Origin: Microthyrium microscopicum
Taxonomy: Eukaryota
Length of the DNA: 64,000 nucleotides
Direction of reading: 5' to 3'
Assembly: GCA_010405405.1 (NCBI GenBank)
Contig: MU004231.1
Coordinates: forward strand, 1,309,784-1,373,783
Below are positions 1-13,937 of the stretch, in pieces. The notes beneath the pieces are model-generated. The model searched no databases, was not told the DNA's origin, and saw only the letters and a program-made list of their open reading frames with translations. Both the position numbers and the translations under genes were made by a program. Position 1 is the first letter of the stretch. The number at the start of each line of letters is the position of its first letter.

Positions 1-2340
1 TTTACTATTCTAAGTATAGTAATAATAAGTAAAAGTAAATATATTAAAAAATAACTACTAAAATAAATAGAGATACTAAAAGTAATCTCTACTATCTTAA
101 AGTAGATTAGTAAATAATAAAGTAAATTTAGGACTTACTTAAAGTATATATTATAAGCTTAAATCTAGCAAAGGATAGCCTATAATACGCTTTTTATATT
201 TTTATTTTTATTAATTATAATATATAAAATATAAGCCTACTATTCTATACTCCTAAATATTCTAAATAAACCCTTAGTTTATTCTTAAAGTTATTAATTA
301 TTACTAGGTAATAAGGTAGATAAATATATAAGCTTTATAAATTAAAAGTTTAACTACTTAGATTTTATAATATCCCTTTATAAATAAGCGTAATAACTAG
401 TTAGTAACTACTATAATTAGTAATATATTTTTAGATATTAGCTAACTCTAAGTTACTCTTTTACTACTTAATTATCTAGTATTTAGATATATATTATAAT
501 TACTACTTTTACTTACTAAAGACTAGTACTTTTTAACTTAAGAAGAATACTACTTAAATAAAGATATTTAGAAGTAGTTAACTAGCCTACCTCTATATAT
601 TAATAAATTAATAATAATATTTATTAATATTTATTTATATTATTTAGTATATATTAATAAAAAGTATATTTTTACCTTTCTTATAATATACTATTAATTA
701 TATACTAAGTAATAAAGTTTCTTTATTTTTTTAAAGGTTTTTATATCTACGTTCTTTTAATAATAATATTTACTACTTTAGATTAATAATATATACTAAA
801 ATTTCTATCTAAGAAAAAATTAAGTATATCTAAAGTATAACTACTAGCTAATAAATAATATAGTTAAATTACTTTAATAAAGCTACCTAGAGTCCTTACT
901 TAATAAACTTAACTTTCTTAAAAAAGATATATACTTTATATTAAAGTAAAGAGTATAACCTTTATTATACGTTAAGGCTAACGTATTAGATATACTTATT
1001 AATACTAGATTAAAGTAGGATTACTTTTTATAAATAAGAATACTCTTAGTAAAATTAAGAGCTTATAGTTTATATAGGTTAATAATTTTATAACTTACTT
1101 ATACTATTTATATTATTCTTAATATAGTACTTATACTTTTTAAGAATATAAGATAGTATATAGAATTATCTCTATATATAATAATAATAAGGCTATAATA
1201 ATATTAGAAAGTCTTTAGAGAGCTTAGTTTAAATAAAAATTATAGTAAAAAATTATAGTAGTTAGCTTTAGTTTTTAGGCTTTACCTTTCTTCTAATTAT
1301 TAACTTGCTAGTATTTAGTTTAAATAGTATTTAAATAATATACTAGTTTTTAACTAACTTTTTCTTATATTATAAAATATAAGCTCCTTTAATATATAAA
1401 ATAACCTAATTACTATACCCTAAACTAGAGTATAACTACTATATAAGCATAATAGGTTATATAAAACTATAGCCTTAGGAGAGTATTATTAGTAAAATAA
1501 GTAAAGAAAGAATAAGATTAGACTTAAAAGATATACTAGAATTACTCTATTATAACTAGTAAGCCTATCTATAAAATAAAATCTCTAAATAAGAAGATAA
1601 TTAGTTATTATTAATAAGCCTACTATAAATAGTAATCTATAGTAGGCTATAATTAATAAAGGATAGTAATATTATTTATATTCTATATATAGTATCTCTA
1701 GATAATAAGTAGTTATAGTATTTAGTATAACTAAAATACTAATTAATTAATAGTTAAAAATTATTTATATTACTATAGATTAACCTAGCGTAATATAATA
1801 TATTAATATAAAATATATTAATATTAAAGATATTAAGACTTTTTTTTAAAAGAAAAAAATTAATATAAAAAATACTTTACTATTTTAATCTTCTTTAGAA
1901 AGTATATTAAAGAAGGGTAATTAATAAAGTATAATAAAATATCTTTAATAATAAATACTAAAGTATAAATAGTTATAAAGATTATTATAATATTATTATT
2001 CTAAAAGGATTTTAATATTAATTAAGATTTATTAAGATGCTTTTATAGCAATTTTACTAAGTATTAGTATAAATATACTACTTAATAAGCTTTATTATAG
2101 AAAGCTTTACTTACTTAAGTAATATATAGTATTAAATAATACTACTTAGTAATAGAAAGGCTTTATAGCTATCCTAATTAGTTAATACTTATATATCTAG
2201 AAAACTAGACTAAGTTATAAAGATAGGTTAGATTAGTAATTTCTACTAGTTTTAGCTACTTTAAAGCTAAGTAATTATTAAATAGTACTTTAAAAAGTAA
2301 CTATAAGTTATTCTTTTTGTTTTACTAAAATAAATATATA

Positions 2341-2404
2341 TAATAAGTAAAATAATATCTTAATTCCTTATATAATAAATAAAATAATATCTTAATCTCT
2401 TATA
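2341..2404. repeat. 32-bp imperfect direct tandem duplication in the RIP block
   Basis: taataagtaaaataatatcttaattccttata followed by taataaataaaataatatcttaatctcttata. Confidence 0.8.
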
Positions 2405-4246
2405 TAAGGCATTTCTTTATAAAAAGTAAATACCTTATATATTCTAATAAGTTATTTATAAAGCGTACGCTATAAGTAAAATACTAAGTATTTTATTATA
2501 AGATATCTTACTATATATATTTTCTTAAGTAGTTTTTAAAAAAGAATAGTATAGTAAGCTTTATAATTAATTTTATATATATAGAAATATACTATATTAG
2601 AGAGTATAAAATTAGAAGTAGAGAGAGCCTTTTAGCTAAGAAGGCTTATTCTATAGTAATAGAACGTTATTTTTAAAGTAATACTTATTACTAGATTATT
2701 ATAATAAGACTATATAGGTATAAAACTACTATATAGTATAAGCTTAAATAATTACTATAAATTTTATATAATTTTAAATTATATAAAATTTTTTAAATAA
2801 TTATAGATAATATTTTTTCTTTTTTTTATAAAATAGCTAAAAAAAAATTATTTCTTTACTAACTTAGCTTTTAATATAGCTATAAAGAAACTTAATAAGA
2901 CTTAAGTATATATACTACTTATTATATAAACTAGCTTAGTATTACTTAGATATAATAGCTAGATTAGAATTATAGTTTTTTTCTTATTTAATACTAAAAA
3001 ATTTTACTTTACTAAACCTTTTTTATTATAATTCTATTACTTAATTATATTAGTTATACTTAATTTAATAAAGAAAAATAAACTTATATATAATTTAGCT
3101 TTATAAGATTATTATATAGTAGTACTAACTATTCTAGCGCTAATCTTATGCTATTTCTTTACTTTTTTTATATTTTTATAAGTATAGTATTCTATAATAG
3201 TAAGCTAGCCCCTTAAATATTTAAATATAAATATATTTTATAAGATAATTAGTATTTATAAAGAATACTTACGCCTCTAGCGTTAGTAGTTTTACTAATT
3301 AGTAAGCTAAATAGTATATATAATAGTTTAGTATATAAGCTAAGGAATATAGACTTACTAAAATATAACTTTACTTTATATAATATAAATAGAGAAGTCT
3401 AAAATACTCTATATTAATATCTTAAAGCTTATATAATTATATTAAAAGCTAGAAATTACTTTTAAAGATATAAATTAGTAATAAAAAAGTATTAGAAAAC
3501 GTTATAGCTAAAGAGATAGAAGTTTTTAGTAACTTAGACTTACTAAAAGTTAGTAAAATAGTTATAAGTAAAAAGAATAACGCGCTAAAATAATATTATT
3601 TAGTAAAGAATTATATCCTTCTTACTATTAAGATATAATACCTAACCTAAAAGGATAATATATAAAGAAATAATCTAAGAACTTATAAAAGAAATAATAT
3701 CCTAAAAGAGATATTATAGCTAAAGCTTACTTATAAATTAATTTAGTAAAGAACTACTACTACTAAGCTTTACTAAACTTTACTATAGTTATAAATCTAT
3801 AACTTTACTTTTATTCTTTTAAGAAAGAAGCCCTATAGTACTTATTCTAATTAAAACTCTTAAGTAGTATTATTTTATTTATTAAAGCTATTTTAGAGAA
3901 GATATTATAAGTATAGTCTTCTTAAAGAATATTTCTTTACTAAATTTAATAAGCTTCCCTATAAACTAATATTTTTATTTATAATATATCTTTATAATTA
4001 TACTAAAATCTATATATAACCTACTAGACTCTTCTATATAAGCTATAGTATTATATAAGAATATTACTTTACTAAATATTAGTAACTTTATTATAAATAA
4101 AGATAATTTCTACTACTAAAATATAAAAAATAATTATTACTAAAAATACTATCTAAAGATAGCTCTAACTAAGAGTAAAGTAGAATAAGTATTAGAATTA
4201 TTATTAACGAGGGCTAACGTCGCTAATATAGTAATATAGTAACGTA

Positions 4247-4278
4247 TTTAGAAGTTTAGAAGTTTAGAAGTTTAGAAG
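4247..4278. repeat. (TTTAGAAG)x4 tandem repeat at the AT/GC boundary
   Basis: Four perfect 8-bp units. Confidence 0.95.
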
Positions 4279-4502
4279 TTCTTATCTTGAGCGGTGTTGG
4301 CGGTAATGCGCCGTCATATTCTGACCCGTAGCTTGAGGAACGCAGGCGGACCGTCCCGCTAGTCTGACTTAGCGCCCTTCAGTTCTTCCAACTTCCAGAA
4401 ATCTATCATGCGTCGTCACGTCTAGTTTGCAGACAATTGAAGTACAAAATCATCCAGGGTCTGACCAAAGTACATCAGATGCTGAGCAAGTGCTGATTTA
4501 TT

Positions 4503-6286
4503 CTACGGTAACCTCAATCTGTCTGTTCGGCCTAACCAAGGCTGACATATCCCAGACCAACTCAATCCATCGAGAGGGTAGAAGACCTGTGGCTCCCCCT
4601 TGGTCATATTCACACTCAAGACGCCGTCTTGCCCGACCATTGCCTCTTGGCAAGCGACGACGTCCATCAGTTTCGTGCTAGCTGCATATCCAGGATTCGA
4701 CACTTTCACAGTTTCGAGAGACATATTCTCACCTTTGTTCGTCAATAGTGCTACAACTTGTCCTTTGCGCATGGCTAGAGCGTTTGAGTCGTTCCAGACG
4801 ACTTCACTCATGGCATTCCAGTAGCTAGACTCCTTCCGTCCTGCCCAGCTTCTTAGCTTATTCAGTGTCTGTATCATCGTGTAAAGTGGTGCTGTCTTGT
4901 CGAAACCAGAAACCCACACTGCCTCTCTGTTATCTGGATCAGATCGTCCAGAGAAGCTTTGCTCGTCGCCTTGGTATAATGTCGGAATACCGTCCGACAT
5001 CATTGTATAAGCGAGAGCGTTTTTCCGAAGCGCAAGAGAGGGAGTAAGAGCTGCTAACCGAGGCTGGTCGTGATTGGACGCAAACGTGAGTAAGCTCTTT
5101 GGACTTTTACAGCTTTTCTGTATCTGTTGATGTATACTTATGAGACCAGACATGTTCTTCGTAGTAGAGGAGAATGTCTGAGTCAGGGGATAGTATCTGC
5201 ATATTCATATCAGCATCAGTCGAAGGACTCAAAAGAGCATGCGACACTCACATTGCATAGTTCAGCAAGCTATCAAGATAATTTTGATAGTCACACAAAT
5301 AATCGACGTTGCCGCTGAGAACCTCGCCTGTGGAGAACACCCCAGCATCTTTGTTGAAAGCTGGCCAAAACGACTTATGAACATGTTTTGCAGTATCAAT
5401 GCGTAGGCCATCGACTAAAACCGGGTCAGTGAGTCTTCAAATGAAAGGGTGAGCTCAAGGGATCAAACTCACTAGAGTAATTCGACACAAGAGACGAAAT
5501 CCAGCCCTGGAATGTGCTGACCACTCTTGAATCTTCAGTATTTACATCCACAAGTTCTACATTTTTGTCCCCAAGCCAGCATTGTTCGACCATAGTTTGA
5601 TTGTCGTAGTCCGAAACTATACAATATGGGTGAAAGAAAGATGCGCTATCGAAAGTCGCAAACTTAGAATAGACAACCTCGTTCGCTGGCCCAGGCCAGG
5701 CGAAGTGGTTGACCACAATATCGACCATGAGATACTGGGTTCAAGATATCAGCGACTAGTAAACTTGCACTCATAACTCCGCTTACCATTTTGCGACGAT
5801 GCAACTCATCTGATAGGTCTTTCAGATCTTCTACCGAGCCGAAATGACTGTTCAGCTTGAATAAATCTTGCTGCCAGTAGCCATGGTATGCTTCTCCCCA
5901 GCCTGTTGTTCCCTCAATATTGTAAGTGATGGGAGATATCCATATCTATAAACGCGGTTAGAGGTAAAAATTTCTGAGATTTTCAACAGAGATGTCTCTT
6001 ACCGCGGAGAAGCCCATGTCTGCAATGTAGTCCAGATTGTTGATCACTCCACGATATGTTCCTCCACAATAGACTCGCTCTGTTGTGTTGCATTTCGCAG
6101 AATGGTTGTTATCTGTTCGTGCATATCTATATGAGATCAGATATGCAGCTTATGCTTCTCGAAAGAAATATATTACCGATCCGTTAGCACCTGATAGATT
6201 GATCTTTGCGTCCATTGCTCAGGTGTTGCGCAATGGATTTGCGTCCACAACAGAGCGAAAGCGAAAATTATTATGTTCAAAAGCAT
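4503..6286 (-). CDS. Secreted alpha-amylase (GH13, Taka-amylase-like), multi-exon
   Basis: Signal peptide MLLNIIIFAFALLW..., then WTQRSIYQVLTDR, AYHGYW, MVDIVVNH, DGLRIDTAKHV, GEV, NHDQPR, DGIPTLYQG, DPDNRE. Confidence 0.93.
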
Positions 6287-7315
6287 CGCAGACTGCTCTT
6301 TCAAGATATATTCAGAGACGGTCGACAGCCAACGATGTTGTCGAATCCAAAACAGATTGTCAAAACACTGTGCTGGAAGAAGAAATGGTCAGAAAATAGC
6401 TTTGTTGTTTGGCTCAAGGGTATAGAAGCTAAAGATATAATATCTTGCTTGGAAGCCTTAAACGTACACAGCCAAAGGAGTGAAATTGCCTTTATCCCCG
6501 AGAAATGTGACCATCAGTAGACATTCGACAAGCAGAAAGTAACAAAGGAAGGTTGAGGTCAAATGCAAGGAGACACCATTTTTACGCTGGTATTGGTGAT
6601 TGATATGAAAGCAACCACAAAAAAGGAAGTTCCAAGTGACAGCTGGAAGCGGCTTACCTGAGAAAATGGCGAAACTAATGTTGAGCTTTTGGTAAATTCA
6701 TTGGCTCAACTTCATGGCGGCGATAGCATCCACGGAAAGCGGTCCAAGTTTACTGACCTTGTTGGCCAGAAATTTCAGGATGCGAGTCTTCATTGGAGCC
6801 CATGTCGTTTGAAGATCCCACAGTAGAGAGTTTCCTCTGAAATATAGGGTCAGAGAATCAAACATTCTTTTTCATAAACTGGCATCCGTCGAAGGATCCA
6901 GTTGGAATGACGCGATAGATTTGAAGGATTTATGCCATTTGTAATCCCTGCGAGGCGATATTACCATCAGAAGATGGTGGATATGTACAAGCCTATTTAC
7001 AAGTACTCATAGTCGAAAGAGCCGCAATTTAATTTGCACAAACATCCTTGCGAACAGTAGTTCTCCCAATTCGTGTTGTTTGATTACATTCTTGGTGCTC
7101 CTATCAAGCATGAATTCCGGCATAAAGTCTTGATTCTCATGTCTATCAAAGTCCTTACACTATATCAGAGTTATTATGCTTCGCTCTCAAATCCCAAAAG
7201 TATGCGAAAAAAGGCTTGCCATATTTCGAAACTTCTGGCTCCATGAACACACGATTCCTAACGATATTCAAGCATCAAATTCTACCAGAACTTGTAATCG
7301 TTGAGTTCAGAACAT

Positions 7316-9557
7316 ATGCGGAAGTGCAAGCCGTCTGGGGGCTGGACACGACTATTCATATGCCAGCATCTTGCTCTTTTAGCTCTGGCAAAGACACCTC
7401 CAATAAGTATAGATGTTAGCTGGGCCGATAACTCATTGCATAGATTATTCTGATTTCTAAATAGGGCAACCACTTATTCTATGCTAACGGATCACAATTC
7501 TTCGTTCGCGGCGTCGCATATCAAGACGGCGGAGCCAGAGCTGTACGTTCGAGTGTCGCGAAACCTTACATTGATCCGCTGAGCGATATTTCGAAATGCG
7601 AACGAGACATCCCAGAAATGATCAAATTAGGTATCAACTTGATCCGAGTCTACGCACTCAATGCATCATCAGATCATTCTGCGTGTATGAGATCCTTTGA
7701 TGACGTTGGCATCTACGCGCTAATCGAGCTCGGAAATGGCATCGAGGATATCTTCCAAACTCAACGGTCAACCTGGACTCACGTATTACAAGACAGATTC
7801 GAGAAGCTTGTTGACGATTTTCACGAATACACCAATGTACTTGGATTCATAGTCGCTAGTGAAGTTGTCACTGACAGAAATCGAACGACGGCAATGCCTT
7901 TCGTAAAAGCGGCGGTCAGGGATACCAAAACTTACATAAAGGCAAAGGGGCACAGGAACATTCCAGTTGGCTATACTGGCAGCGATGATGTGGCTGTCTC
8001 TAAAGTACCATCATATCTCGTATGCGCAGATGTATGGTCTACTCCGACGATCGACTTTTATGGTGTGTCACTTTATGGCTGGTGTGGTGAATCAAATCTC
8101 GAAGCCTCTGGCTACCAGCGGCAAATTCAGGCTTTTCAAGCATACCCAAAGCCCGTCATCATCTCGGAATACGGCTGTAAAAAGCCTTCCCCTCGAGCAT
8201 TCAAGGAGGTTTCAGCCATATATGGGGAGAAGAGCATGACTGATGTATTTTCTGGCGCTATTGTGTACCAGTACTATAATGATTCTTACAACTCTGGTAA
8301 GTCTTTCCCCCTGATTCGGTTCACAACACATCAACATCGTCTAGAAGGCAGAAAGGCATAACACAGACTAATAGAATTAGGCTTGATTAATGTGATGGGC
8401 AACAACGTTGAAGAAACGCTAGATTACACAGCCTTATCTTCACAGCTCGCTTTGTATACACCATCTAGCACTTCTATCGGTAAATGGCCTTCGGTTACAT
8501 CAAGAAGCCAAATCCCATGCCCTACAATAGACAGTGCTTTCTTCGCTGGTACGCAGTGGCCTATAACTCCAAACAAAGGCATATGCACTTGTATGCTCCA
8601 GTCGTTAGCATGTGCTGGGGATCCTAATAATGTAGAGCAAACGAGCCTTGACGCGTTAGAATTACTCTGTGGTGAGAGTGAAATCAACCCCAAATGCGCG
8701 GGTATAACCGGCAATTCCACTACTGACATGTACGGCACATTAGGTACAGGTACGATGTCCGCTTTTGGAAAAACATTTCTGACCTTAAATTTTGGCTGAT
8801 TTCCCGTAGCATGTGTAGCCCTAGCGAACGCTTTTTCTTCGTTCAAAATCAGTTTTATGTCTCACAAGCAGATGTAGCCAAACCTCCAGAGGAACGCTGT
8901 AGTTCGCTTCATGGTACTATTCAGAGCCCGCAGGCAACTCGATCAGTTTCCAATGCATGTCAAATTGTGCTGCGACAGGCCGGTCCTCAAGGAACTGGAA
9001 CCATAACATCTACACCCATGAATCTGCCTACAGCAAATAGACGAAGCTCAGCTTTGGTTGCTATAGAACCAGAGTCGAATCTCAGCTCTGGCGCAAAGGC
9101 AGGAATCATCACTCCAGTTGTATTGGTTACTATTTTATTCGTAGCCGGAGGAATCTGGATGTTCATTCGACGCAAAAACCGAGTAAGAGTTCCACCAGAT
9201 GGCAGGACTACTGTCCCAGCGATCGAAGAAGAAAGTGACTCGTCCGAGCCAGCGCACACAACTCGACGGGGAACAGTTGCCAGTGAACTCACATCTGCGT
9301 CTGGGCCAGAGATGGATTCGAGTGCTATCATGCCAATTTCTCGACAGAATACAGATATCAGTGCGTATATTCCATACGAGGACAACATAATGGAGGCCGA
9401 CAGTACACCAATTATTGAGCTTCATGAGACTTCCATCGCTGAGCTCCACGAGACTACTGTCCCGGTGGTTTCAGAACTGTCAGATGAACAACAAATCTTT
9501 GAACTATCGGGCGAAAACAGCGCTGTGGTTGGAGGTCTACGAAAAGATAAAAGGTAG
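7316..9557 (+). CDS. GH72 beta-1,3-glucanosyltransferase (Gas/Gel family) with Cys-rich X8-like region, TM helix and cytoplasmic tail
   Basis: FFVRGVAYQ, DPL, LGINLIRVY, ASEV, KAAVRD, IPVGY, YGWCG, SEYGC. Introns 7415-7464 and 8297-8380, and a third ending at 8809 whose donor is uncertain. TM segment GAKAGIITPVVLVTILFVAGGIWMFI followed by RRK. Confidence 0.85.
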
Positions 9558-9749
9558 GCTGGCCAGTTTGATTTTCTGTTATTATATGAGGCAGGGAGGC
9601 TCTGCTATGTCGCACACTAACGGTTATGATTGGTTTAATAGGAGAGGAGCGACTGTTAAGGCAACTTTGATACCCACAATATATATGATCGAAATTCTGT
9701 ACTTGCATCCACGTGGAGGTTTACAAAGTCATATTAAGTCGTACCGAAA

Positions 9750-11428
9750 CTACAAACCGATTAACCCATCCTCTACCCCAACACACTGCCAATCACCCAT
9801 ATTTGTCGATCTAACGACCGCATCGTCCGGCCTCTTTGCCCCACGATATACGTTCCGCTTCGGGTACTTACAATGCTTTCTTTGGAAAACTGGCCCATCC
9901 ACAGCAGACGCCGCACTGCTACCCATCAGTGACTCCGGCGCATTCCCCTTTTCAACCCAGTCCACAATAGCGGCCAAAACGTTACTCTCTGGCTCAAATG
10001 GTGACGCTGATGAGCTTTGCCCAATTTTCCACGCACCAGGTCCGCCAGCACAGTGTCCCATTCCACTGATCCGGAAGAAGCGTATGTACTCGTCCAATTG
10101 GGCGGGCGTTGATCGTGTGCTAGCCATAAGATGCTCATACCAGCGCTGCGTGTTCAGACTAGTAATTTGCTGATCCTGCTGTCCGTGGTATGTTATCATC
10201 TTACCGCCGTTGGACTTGAAGGTGTCGAGATTGTCGGGGAACGTCTTCACGTTGGACGGATTGGCGTCGCGGGAGGCGGCAGCATCTTTGAGGGAAAACT
10301 TGAAAGGGTCCCAGGTTGGATCGGAGTAGATTACATAGCGGAACCAGTCGCGCGAGTCAGTGAATGGTTGGCCGGAGTAGAGACGGTCGATGGCGCGCAT
10401 TTCAGAGCCAGGGTTCATGGCGGAGTAGATGACTGTCCCGTCGTCATAGGTGAGCGGGCTCAAGACACGTCGGACTATGTCAACTTGTTTGGTTGATAGA
10501 CAGTTGGCTGTGGCGCCAGATTTGCAGGCGAGGGGGGTTGGATCGAATTTGCAGAGGTCGGGGCTTTCTATGATACCGTCGCGGACACCGTCGATGGCAT
10601 CGCATTGACGCATGACCTCGTCGTGTATAAGGCCCGTCCATACTTCGGGTTTGATGAAGTCTGGTGATGCTTTCGGGCCTGTGATGGGGAAGAAATGGGC
10701 TCGCCAGGAGATGAGGTTATTGAAATCCAGCGCTGGTGAACCTGCGACGATGCCGTCAAAGTCTTTCGCGTACTTTTCAGCAGCGCCGACACCTTGACGA
10801 CCGCCTTGTGAGCATCCGAAGTAGTAAGACTTGGAATGCGGTTTGCTATAGAACTGCTTCACTACGTCCTTTCCTATGACGGCAATAGTATGGAGGCTAC
10901 CTCTGATTAGGTTTGAAAGATTTTGGCAAGTGGGTTGACTTACGAGTTTCCAGCAAAATCATCAACAACAGCAGGATTATGATAAAACGAGTTTCCGGTG
11001 CTGCCATTATGTCCATTATTAGAGCCAACAGCCGCAAACCCGTGCTGTGTCGTATATGTCAAGTCGCCATACCCGATACATCCTCCAATACCACCATTTC
11101 CTGTAGCCAGAAAGCGTTGATTCCAGGTCTTCGGCAACCATGCTTCAAATTGGACACCAGATCGGACAGATGTTTTCAGATACATTGCCACTCGACACAC
11201 GTCTTGCGCAACTTTCCCAGAGGCTCCAGGCCCACCACATGTTGCATCTCTATACTTCAAGTCGGCGGTCTTTCCAGAAGGTAGATATTCAGCAAACTCA
11301 AAGTTGGCATTGTCTATCCTCGGTCTAAATGCAGCACATCTTTTTGCAAACTCATCATCCGATGCAGTTGTTTGGCCGAATCCTTGGCCAGCAAAAAAAC
11401 CGGCCAAATATATCTTGAAAACTAACAT
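9750..11428 (-). CDS. Secreted tannase/feruloyl esterase family protein
   Basis: EAWLP, RFLATGNGG, GCSQGGRQG nucleophile motif, GGKMITYHGQQD, GMGHCAGG; intron about 10897-10943. Confidence 0.93.
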
Positions 11429-11961
11429 TGCTAAAGCTGTCGAAGAGGGCACGTTAGCAACCGCGAACTTCAATATTTGAACCGCGAAAGATCACCCGTA
11501 CATACCAAGAGTGAAGATCAGATAGTATAGAAACCGCGCAACTTCTTCAAAATCACCATTTCGTCTCATGAACGGTTTGGTCATGTCTGTGTAGTCATTG
11601 GGATAAGTAATATGCGCTCATCAATTTAAGGGATAGGGATTAGACGGAAATAGACCGGTCGCAATCAAAGTAGAGATTGTTTGTGCCCCGCATGAACAAC
11701 ACACTCGTGGAAGCATTAAAGCTTGAGCTGAATAAAGATAATGGACTGGTTCTGCTGTGAAACGAGGTTTCTACACCGCCCTGTTGGACGGAACCGATCT
11801 GATTTGCAGGCCAATCGCAGCCCTGGAGTCGAATTATATGTTGCATTTTATGTCCCAATGTTTGAATAAGGAAATTCTTGAGTGAAAATTTCAAGAAACT
11901 CTCATAAATTGAGCTTTGGGATTCCAGTGACGATTTGCGTAGAGAGTGGAAGTTTGATGCT

Positions 11962-13446
11962 TCATATCTCAACTCCTTCGGTAAGATGCCCCGAACGATT
12001 TATTGTATGGTGCCTTAAGCCCCCAGTCTCTCTGTCGTAGTCTGGCCTTATTGTTCTGCTCCGTAGTGGCCAGCTAGAATCATTCAAATTATGTTCTCGA
12101 TGATGGACTTCTTCCACGTCAATGAGGGTCAAATCTTGTTCCAGGCCCCAGCCAACCTGCCACGAGAAATGCAGGCCAAAAAAGTCAGCCATCTCGCTCC
12201 TGATCTGCTGTCTTATCTCTGCATTTTCTGCATCTCCTTCATACACCAATCGCGGCTTGGTCTCCTTAGCCCACAGTGTATCTGCAGACGGGAGTTTTGG
12301 AAAGTCGCAGTGGGGTCCAGATGGAGACTCGTGCCTCGTGTGCGTCGAGGCATGACCATCATATGTGTGTGCTACCACGACTGCGACAAAAGGTTGTCTT
12401 GTAAAGGGCGGCTCGACAATCTCCGACGGACCCCGTTCGCAAGTCCAATGAATCTGGGTGGCGCATTGCGTGCATCGCGCAGCATATGCCGTTCCCACAG
12501 TATAGTCTGTAGGCAGCTGGACCGCGTGCTGTAATCCGTCGCTTGAAAGCTCTAACGGATCCCAACCCGGTTTGAGGTCAAGCTGGATATCTTCCCTCTT
12601 CTCCGACGTAGATGCTAACATGTGGTGTGGACATACGTCGAGCGCAATCTTGCTGTGAGACCAGGATTCGTTTGCGGCACGGTATTTGTAATAGCGCAAT
12701 ACAATCGCTTTGGAGCGGAAGATTCGAGTTGTTACTTTAACGAGGCCGAGGTATGACGGATTGCCAATACTACGTTTCCAGATATGTTCGGCTATATCAA
12801 TATGCGGCAATCCCTGCATACCGGACCAGGACAAGTTTTTCAGGGGCGAGAGGACACATTCTTTTGGCTGTGATGTCTCGTAGTGGGATCGGAGGTAAGG
12901 AAGGAGGTAGAAACGCAAGTAGGACTTCACCATCCCATGAGGGACGGCATTGCAGTCATTGCCAGGCCGAACTCTTGGATCGTATCCCAAGGGGTCACCA
13001 CCAAGGACAAAATCCCCATCGCCAGCTTGAGGTACATATTGGTACGGATGGAGGCAGACACAAGTGGCGCAGATCCAGTACCTTTGAGGCGCATCTCGCT
13101 GAAGTAAATGCAAGAGGCAGAGCGTATCGATTCGTGTAGTATCATCAGACAGGTTGTTTCGACCTCGGAGTCTACGCCAGCAGTCTGTCCCAAGCTTTTC
13201 ACATAAAGCTCGACATGTTAAGCTTAGGACAGCCTCTGAAACTGGTGAAAGTTGAGATGTGATGTCTACCAGGATTTCCGCTGGTAGGCTGAGAAGCCCC
13301 GGAACGGGAGATGTGCCGGTCGAGAGATCTGGATCTGGATCTGGGATTCTCTGATATCGATGCGTATAGCCATGAGGCCAAAGAATATTGCAGATTCGCT
13401 GGAGCAAAGACATGGCTTTCAACAGGGGGTCACTGTGCCAGCTCAC
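11962..13446 (-). CDS. F-box domain protein
   Basis: 494-aa ORF with LLSLPAEILVDITSQL...VLSLTCRAL and a downstream CxxCxxxH. Confidence 0.8.
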   Translation of the reverse strand: MSWHSDPLLKAMSLLQRICNILWPHGYTHRYQRIPDPDPDLSTGTSPVPGLLSLPAEILVDITSQLSPVSEAVLSLTCRALCEKLGTDCWRRLRGRNNLSDDTTRIDTLCLLHLLQRDAPQRYWICATCVCLHPYQYVPQAGDGDFVLGGDPLGYDPRVRPGNDCNAVPHGMVKSYLRFYLLPYLRSHYETSQPKECVLSPLKNLSWSGMQGLPHIDIAEHIWKRSIGNPSYLGLVKVTTRIFRSKAIVLRYYKYRAANESWSHSKIALDVCPHHMLASTSEKREDIQLDLKPGWDPLELSSDGLQHAVQLPTDYTVGTAYAARCTQCATQIHWTCERGPSEIVEPPFTRQPFVAVVVAHTYDGHASTHTRHESPSGPHCDFPKLPSADTLWAKETKPRLVYEGDAENAEIRQQIRSEMADFFGLHFSWQVGWGLEQDLTLIDVEEVHHREHNLNDSSWPLRSRTIRPDYDRETGGLRHHTINRSGHLTEGVEI

Positions 13447-13937
13447 ATGGTGGGATCACTCAGATATGTAAGATATATCTGGGAGATTTGGTCCTTGGCA
13501 GTAGCCTGCATTGTGACTGGGATTGGATGAGGGGCATGGATCTGAGGATTTGGTTAGCGGTCTGAGTCGTTTCATGAACCATTGTGAGATCAACGAGTGG
13601 TAAGGGCACTTGGATCGTGCATAATTAGCTTTGATGGCATAGAAATAGCAACAGGTGGAACCACATTTCATGTGGCGCTATGTGACCACGTTGGATTCCA
13701 CGTGGTAGAAGGATTTCTGCATCATGCAAGTCGGGGCTCCGGAGCATTCTAGAAGAATGACCTTCCTAGAGCGGCAAAGATGTGAGCTTGGTGATTTTCA
13801 AATCTCTCCATTTGTGCCCGGTCAGCGCTTACAGATTGATTTCTCATGCTTTGGTGCACATTCTGATCCTGGCGTAGACCTTATAAGAAGAACCTTGAAA
13901 TATCATTGGAAGCATCGTGTGATAAGTAAGTCCTTTG

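Larger units (their letters stand above)
1..4280. mobile_element. RIP-degraded repeat block, probably an LTR-retrotransposon relic
   Basis: Extremely AT-rich, TpA-saturated, CpA/TpG nearly absent, no ORF >=60 aa. Back-mutating suggests a CxxC-like motif near 2458 (tat aaa gcg tac gct = C-E-A-C-A) and an integrase-like TNxQAE near 3295 on +. Element class is tentative. Confidence 0.8.

Noticed and set aside
9415..10173. 252-aa plus-strand ORF
   Set aside because: Shadow ORF overlapping the GH72 end and antisense to the esterase; no motifs
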